A stretch of 64,000 nt of DNA from Bacillota bacterium (GTDB taxonomy: Bacteria > Bacillota > Clostridia > Christensenellales > CAG-138). This document shows, piece by piece, positions 59,179 through 64,000 of the stretch. Made by a program: the position numbers and the translations under genes. The stretch spans positions 2,190 to 66,189 of the forward strand of contig JAEWQH010000096.1 of the NCBI GenBank assembly GCA_023399275.1. The letters are read 5' to 3'. The notes under the pieces were generated by a model. The model did not search any database, was not told where the DNA came from, and saw only the letters and a list, made by a program, of their open reading frames with translations. How positions within the stretch are numbered: position 1 is the first letter of the stretch; the number at the start of each line of letters is the position of its first letter.

Positions 59179-60768
59179 TCAGTTCGCGGGCGCAATGTCG
59201 AGAAAGCGTACTTTCTCGTTCTTCTCCTCCATGCGGCTGAGCGACCACTCGTTTTTGAAGAGCACCACAGGGCGCTGATATGCATCCTCGAGCAGCAGCG
59301 TGTCGGTATAGGCGAGCATATCCTTGTCGAATCGGTCGGTGACGATCCAGCGCGCCAGTTGATACGGCAGTCTGCGGATGCTGATCTCGACGTTGTATTC
59401 GTTCTTGAGGCGATACTCCAGCACTTCAAACTGCAGCGCGCCGGCAACGCCGATGGTAAAGCGCTCCACGCCGAGATCCGGCTGCTTGAATACCTGAATC
59501 GCGCCCTCTTCGGAGATCTGCCGGATTCCCTTGAGAAATTGCTTGCGTTTGCCGGAATCCACTGCGTTCACCTCGGCAAAATGCTCGGAGGGAAACATCG
59601 GGATCCCTTCAAATCGAAACGCGTTCTTTCCGCCGCAGAGCGTATCGCCGATCAAAAAGCAGCCGGGGTCAAACACGCCAATGATGTCCCCCGCGTACGC
59701 CTCCTCCACGCTCACGCGCTCCTGCGCCAAAAATTGCTGGGACTGCGCAAGGCGCATGGTCTTGCCGGTGCGCTGGTGCACGACCTCCATTCCTTTTTCA
59801 AACCGGCCGGAGCAGATGCGCATAAACGCGATCCGGTCGCGGTGCGCCGGGTCCATGTTCGCCTGAATCTTGAAGACAAAGCCCGAGAAATCCTCGCTGT
59901 CCGGCGCGACGGTGCCGCCGCTGTGCTTCTTCGGGCCGGGCGAAGGCGCCATCTCGATGAACGCTTCCAAAAACGGGCGAACGCCGAAGTTGGTCATCGC
60001 GCTGCCGAAGAACATCGGCGAAAGCTCGCCCGCGCGCACCTTGTCCATATCCAACTCGTCTCCCGCGATCTCCAGCAGCTCGATCTCTTCCATGAGGTGG
60101 TCATAGAGCGCATCGCCAAGGATCGCGCGAAAGCGCGGATCGCCCGCATCCCCCGCGTCGGAGACCGTCTCCTCCTGTCCGTGGCTGCCGCCCGCAAAGA
60201 GCTCGATGCGCTTTGCCCCGCGCTCATATACCCCGCGAAAATCACCGTCCACGCCGATGGGCCAGTTCATCGGGTACGCGCGGATGCCCAGCGTCGCCTC
60301 GATCTCCTCCATCAGCGCCAGCGGGTTTTTGCAGTGCCGGTCCAACTTGTTGACAAACGTGAAGATCGGAATGCCGAACATGCGGCAAACATGGAAGAGC
60401 TTCTTGGTCTGCTCCTCCACGCCTTTCGCGCCGTCGATAAGCATCACCGCGCTGTCAGCCGCGGTCAACGTGCGGTAGGTATCCTCGCTGAAATCCTGAT
60501 GCCCCGGCGTGTCGAGTATGTTGATGCGGTAGCCCTCATAATCGAAGTTGAGCACGCTCGAAGTCACCGAGATGCCTCTCTGCTTCTCGATCTCCATCCA
60601 GTCCGAAACGGCATACTTGCTCGCTTTTCTCCCTTTCACCGTGCCGGCGAGGCGAATAGCGCCGCCGAAGAGCAGCAGCTTTTCGGTGAGCGTGGTCTTG
60701 CCCGCATCCGGGTGAGAGATGATCGCAAACGTCTTTCTGCGGTCGACTTCTTTTGTGATGTTTTCCAT
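59179..60768 (-). CDS. prfC: Peptide chain release factor 3
   Basis: RRKTFAIISHPDAGKTTLTEKLLLFGGAI, DTPGHQDF, NKLDR. Full-length RF3. Start at ATG 60768. Confidence 0.95.
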   Translation of the reverse strand: MENITKEVDRRKTFAIISHPDAGKTTLTEKLLLFGGAIRLAGTVKGRKASKYAVSDWMEIEKQRGISVTSSVLNFDYEGYRINILDTPGHQDFSEDTYRTLTAADSAVMLIDGAKGVEEQTKKLFHVCRMFGIPIFTFVNKLDRHCKNPLALMEEIEATLGIRAYPMNWPIGVDGDFRGVYERGAKRIELFAGGSHGQEETVSDAGDAGDPRFRAILGDALYDHLMEEIELLEIAGDELDMDKVRAGELSPMFFGSAMTNFGVRPFLEAFIEMAPSPGPKKHSGGTVAPDSEDFSGFVFKIQANMDPAHRDRIAFMRICSGRFEKGMEVVHQRTGKTMRLAQSQQFLAQERVSVEEAYAGDIIGVFDPGCFLIGDTLCGGKNAFRFEGIPMFPSEHFAEVNAVDSGKRKQFLKGIRQISEEGAIQVFKQPDLGVERFTIGVAGALQFEVLEYRLKNEYNVEISIRRLPYQLARWIVTDRFDKDMLAYTDTLLLEDAYQRPVVLFKNEWSLSRMEEKNEKVRFLDIAPAN

Positions 60769-60856
60769 GGTGATGCAATCCTTATCCGGCATCCTTCCGC
60801 CTGCGCAGGCGGGAGATGCGTCCTGTTTGGCGCGGAAAACACCGCGCATGATCCGT

Positions 60857-60892
60857 CAAAAAAAGAGCCCCGCCTTTGTAAGACGGGGGTCT
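60857..60892 (-). terminator. Rho-independent terminator after tRNA-Ala
   Basis: Reverse strand: AGACCCCCGTC-ttacaaa-GGCGGGGCTCT followed by TTTTTTTG. Confidence 0.7.
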
Positions 60893-60899
60893 GCCTGTC

Positions 60900-60975
60900 T
60901 GGTGGAGCATGGGGGATTCGAACCCCCGACCTCAACATTGCGAACGTTGCGCGCTACCAACTGTGCTAATGCCCC
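60900..60975 (-). tRNA. trnA: tRNA-Ala (anticodon CGC)
   Basis: Reverse strand GGGGCATTAGCACAGTTGGTAGCGCGCAACGTTCGCAATGTTGAGGTCGGGGGTTCGAATCCCCCATGCTCCACCA. 76 nt, with the G3:U70 Ala identity pair, anticodon loop TTCGCAA and T loop TTCGAAT, CCA encoded. There is one A/C mismatch in the D stem. Confidence 0.9.
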
Positions 60976-60988
60976 AAGCCGCTTGATT

Positions 60989-61017
60989 ATGATACAACAC
61001 GCTTTCTCAAAATGCAA
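60989..61017 (-). promoter_or_regulatory. Sigma-A-type promoter for tRNA-Ala, TTGCAT-17-TATCAT
   Basis: Reverse strand: TTGCAT (61017-61012), 17-nt spacer, TATCAT (60994-60989), about 14 nt before the tRNA 5' end. Confidence 0.65.
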
Positions 61018-61076
61018 GAGCTTTCCGGCAAATTTTTCAAGACTCTTTTTCGCCCGTTTTCGCCCCGGGCGGCATG

Positions 61077-61571
61077 CTACGGTCTGTCTTGCGGCTCGTG
61101 TTCCGGCACTGGTTCCTGCGCACTCTCGGGCCGGTCGGCGGGCTGCGGCGCCGGCGTAAACTGCGGCGCGGCAGGCACGGCCTCCGCCTTTTTCCCGCTG
61201 CGCTTGATCAGTGCTGCAAGCAGATAAAGAAACGGGAGCACCATCACCGCAATATTCTTCCAATAGGTGCGAAACGGCTCTCCCGCGATCAGGTTGACCG
61301 CAAGCGGTACAGCGGCGATGGCGAGCAAAACAAGCCCCATGATGCGGCAGCGCCTGAGCTCTTTGCTCACGAGGCCGAATATCCCCGCGACAAAACCAAG
61401 CGCCCCGCCGATGATGAGAAACACCGCATCCATCGCGCCGGAGAACGAGAGCGTGATGTTTGCATCCGTCAGCTGGTAGAGCGCAAAAGCGATCATGCCG
61501 AGCGACAGAAGCAGATACATCCAACTTATAACGAGTAAAAAAGACGCCGCGCGGGTTCTTTGCTGCTGCAT
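61077..61571 (-). CDS. Small integral membrane protein with Pro/Ala/Glu-rich C-terminal tail (hypothetical)
   Basis: Four hydrophobic segments. Good RBS (GAAGGAGAG) before ATG 61571. No family recognised. Confidence 0.6.
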   Translation of the reverse strand: MQQQRTRAASFLLVISWMYLLLSLGMIAFALYQLTDANITLSFSGAMDAVFLIIGGALGFVAGIFGLVSKELRRCRIMGLVLLAIAAVPLAVNLIAGEPFRTYWKNIAVMVLPFLYLLAALIKRSGKKAEAVPAAPQFTPAPQPADRPESAQEPVPEHEPQDRP

Positions 61572-61616
61572 AAAGGCCTCTCCTTCGATTTGCTCCGGGC
61601 CACACCCGGGCAGCGA

Positions 61617-62870
61617 TCAGCCGACGTTGTGAATCTCGACCATCGTGTGGTTCTTTCGGGATTCCTCGGCGGCGATGCAGATCAGGTGGCTTTGGATCGC
61701 GTCTCGAATCGAACTCTTGACCGCGCCCTCTTCGCCGCGCTCCATCCGTACAAATGCAGCGATCAGGCCCATGTCTCCGCCGCCGTGCCCGTCCCCCATG
61801 CCGCCGGGCAGCGGATTCTCGCTGGTGCGGACGGAGCCGGTTCGAAAGTCGGTCACCTCTATGGTCTCGTCGGACATCTTGGCGCGGATCTCGCCGTGCG
61901 AACCCATGATGTGGATCGTTCGCCCATGGCGATAGTCCGTAAACGCGGAGACGGTCATGGTCGCGCTCACGCCGTCCTCAAACTCCAGCACGGTGGATTG
62001 GTGATCCACCACATCATTGTCGCAATGGTAGACGCATCTGCCGTAGGGCCCTTCGCGCAGCGCCTTTAACCGACCGGCAGGGCTGACATCGTCCGTAATC
62101 ACGGAGACGGGCCACCCAGTTAAAAACGGAATCAGATACAGCCGCGCCGCATTATATGGGCAACCGGCCGCCACCCTGCAGTCCAGGCAGCGCTCGGCGC
62201 TGCCCTCTGGAGCATTCTCTGCCGTGAAGTGCTTCAGGCTGCCAAAGGAAGCGACACGCTTACAATCTTTCCCGATCAGGTAGAGCAGAATGTCCGTATC
62301 ATGGCAGCTCTTGGCGAGAATCATTGGGCTGGTCTCGTCCTCACGCCGCCAATTTCCGCGCACGAAGCTATGCGCCATGTGCCAGTAGCCGATGTTCTCG
62401 CTATGGGAGATATTGATCACATCGCCGATCTCGCCGCTGTCGATGATGGATTTGAGCGTATTGAAAAACCGCGTGTACCGCAGCACGTGGCAGACCGCAG
62501 CGCGCTTTCCCGTGCGAACGGTCGTATCGTAGATGCGGCCAAGCTCCGCCGCGCTTTTGGCGATCGGCTTCTCCAGCAGAACGTCGTAGTCGCGCTCCAT
62601 CGCTGCGCAGGCCGGCTCTACATGCTGATTATCCTGTGTGGCGACGAGCACGGCGTCCGCCTCGATTCCGGCGGCGAGCGCCCCGCGCCAATCGGAAAAC
62701 ACGGCGCTTTCGGGCAGGCTATAGCGCGAGGCAAAGGCGTTTCTTCGCGTCTCGCGCGGCTCCGCCACGCCGACGATTTGAAGCTGATCCGGCGCGATCA
62801 GCGCATACGGCGCATAGGCATCCATGCCTCGCGCACCCGCGCCGAGAACGATCATGCGAACGGGATTCAT
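61617..62870 (-). CDS. Gfo/Idh/MocA family NAD(P)-dependent oxidoreductase
   Basis: N-terminal Rossmann motif MIVLGAGARGMDAY, EKP motif (LLEKPIA). Length 417 aa. Confidence 0.8.
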   Translation of the reverse strand: MNPVRMIVLGAGARGMDAYAPYALIAPDQLQIVGVAEPRETRRNAFASRYSLPESAVFSDWRGALAAGIEADAVLVATQDNQHVEPACAAMERDYDVLLEKPIAKSAAELGRIYDTTVRTGKRAAVCHVLRYTRFFNTLKSIIDSGEIGDVINISHSENIGYWHMAHSFVRGNWRREDETSPMILAKSCHDTDILLYLIGKDCKRVASFGSLKHFTAENAPEGSAERCLDCRVAAGCPYNAARLYLIPFLTGWPVSVITDDVSPAGRLKALREGPYGRCVYHCDNDVVDHQSTVLEFEDGVSATMTVSAFTDYRHGRTIHIMGSHGEIRAKMSDETIEVTDFRTGSVRTSENPLPGGMGDGHGGGDMGLIAAFVRMERGEEGAVKSSIRDAIQSHLICIAAEESRKNHTMVEIHNVG

Positions 62871-63053
62871 ACAAGCGATTCCTTTCCGAAAACAAAACTG
62901 AACGCAGCGAGCCGCATCCCGGCCGATCCGCTACGTTCAGTTTAGCACGATTGAAAGGAATTGCAAGATTGGAGCGCGGCAAAGAGCAAAAATACAGCGC
63001 CGTTCCCCGGTTCGTAACCGTTCCTGCTGAAACGATCCGAATCGTTTCCTTGG

Positions 63054-64000
63054 TTATGTCCGGACTGAAAACGAAAAATGATCCAACTGCTGCGAATAAT
63101 ACTCGGCAAGCGTAATATCCTTGATTTTTTGCCATTTTACCAAGTCCCGGTAAAATAGGGCATCACCCCAGCTATCGTTTCTCCCGGAAACAATCTGCGC
63201 ATTATCTTGTTCTCTATTCTCTGAGATACATTGTATCATCAACCCTTCCTTTGATTTACTCGTTGCTATTATACGCCTAGGGTCGCGTTTTTCCATCTCG
63301 GCTTCCAACCGGAGCGGTAGGTACAGCTCGGAGAGCGGCACGCGACGCAGCATGATCCGAAGGGCATCATACTCACGCGCGTGTCGATTCAGGTCATATT
63401 GACGCATGACCTGCTTCCATTTTTCCTCTCTGACGATGACGTCGGAAACAATCAAATTATACAGTTCAAGATCCTTGTATTTCAAAGTCAACAGAAACAG
63501 ATAAAGTCGGTGTTCCTGAAACCTGCCATAGTTCTTCAGAACGGTATTGCACATGATCGCGTAGTTTGTGATAATCGTCGAGAGGTCGCGAAGACTGAGT
63601 TGAAACGTCTGGCTCAACTCAAACATGTATTTCCCCGCCTCATTCAGCTTCCTTTGTTCTCTTTCGAAATAGACAATCGAACCTAGTTTCATTTTGATAA
63701 AGCTCAGCAAATCAGGTGTTGGCAGCCGGCTGATAAAATCAAAATAACGGCAGAGATATCCGGTGGCGTCCATTTCGCTGCCATATATGGACTTAACAGC
63801 GCAGCTTAACTGCGTGATGTCAAGGAAGAAAATGAAAATCAACCCCTTCACATCAAACAAGTGCTTTGCCATTTCGATGGTTTGAACGGCAAAAGTCGGC
63901 TTGCACCGATCTAGCTCATCTACGATAATCACCAGATTTCGCTTTGTCCTCCTGATAGCGGAAGACAATGTCTTGCGGAACTCCGCATACTGCTCCAGCT
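63054..64000 (-). CDS. KAP family P-loop NTPase, C-terminal part (N-terminus beyond the right edge)
   Basis: The frame stays open past the track start at 63968 to base 64000 (...LEQYAEFRKTLSSAIRRTKRNLVIIVDELDRCKPTFAVQTIE...). VIIVDELDRC is the KAP Walker-B/DxLDRC signature. The gene is markedly AT-rich relative to the rest of the window. Confidence 0.7.
   Translation of the reverse strand, partial: LEQYAEFRKTLSSAIRRTKRNLVIIVDELDRCKPTFAVQTIEMAKHLFDVKGLIFIFFLDITQLSCAVKSIYGSEMDATGYLCRYFDFISRLPTPDLLSFIKMKLGSIVYFEREQRKLNEAGKYMFELSQTFQLSLRDLSTIITNYAIMCNTVLKNYGRFQEHRLYLFLLTLKYKDLELYNLIVSDVIVREEKWKQVMRQYDLNRHAREYDALRIMLRRVPLSELYLPLRLEAEMEKRDPRRIIATSKSKEGLMIQCISENREQDNAQIVSGRNDSWGDALFYRDLVKWQKIKDITLAEYYSQQLDHFSFSVRT

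Overview
High-GC (about 60% by hand counts) Firmicutes/Clostridia-type chromosomal segment. It is almost entirely core housekeeping and is mostly transcribed on the minus strand. Several blocks show Bacillus-like synteny: lepA-hemW-hrcA-grpE-dnaK-dnaJ with a perfect CIRCE operator; rho, rpmE, then DUF1385-prmC-prfA-tsaC-rpiB-upp; a MOP flippase followed by yabN/mazG, hup and xpt-guaA; and sdaAB-sdaAA. Also present are proA, dapL, a PPi-type phosphofructokinase and prfC. Reading the sequence directly, outside the ORF track, gave a Bacillus-type large SRP RNA (about 16.12-16.40 kb, minus), tRNA-Trp(CCA), tRNA-Ala(CGC), a set of sigma-A-type promoters and hairpin terminators, and an edge-truncated glycerate-kinase-family gene missing from the track. 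I saw no CRISPR array, IS element, integrase or phage gene. No single obviously novel multi-gene system stands out. The best candidates for a second look are: (1) a self-contained IscU-like + GGGtGRT two-gene module of unknown function; (2) Rho with a ~120-aa Q/G/Y tandem-repeat, prion-like insertion; (3) an AT-rich island at the right edge starting with a KAP P-loop NTPase (cut by the window); (4) an ECF S-component fused to a transketolase C-terminal-like domain; (5) an orphan promoter-to-terminator unit that looks like an unclassified ~180-nt sRNA; (6) a four-gene GtrA/GtrB/GT-C-like envelope glycosylation operon. All calls come from reading the sequence and from remembered family consensus, with no searches run. 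RNA and regulatory coordinates are good to about +/-5 nt, and several CDS starts were re-chosen from RBS context.
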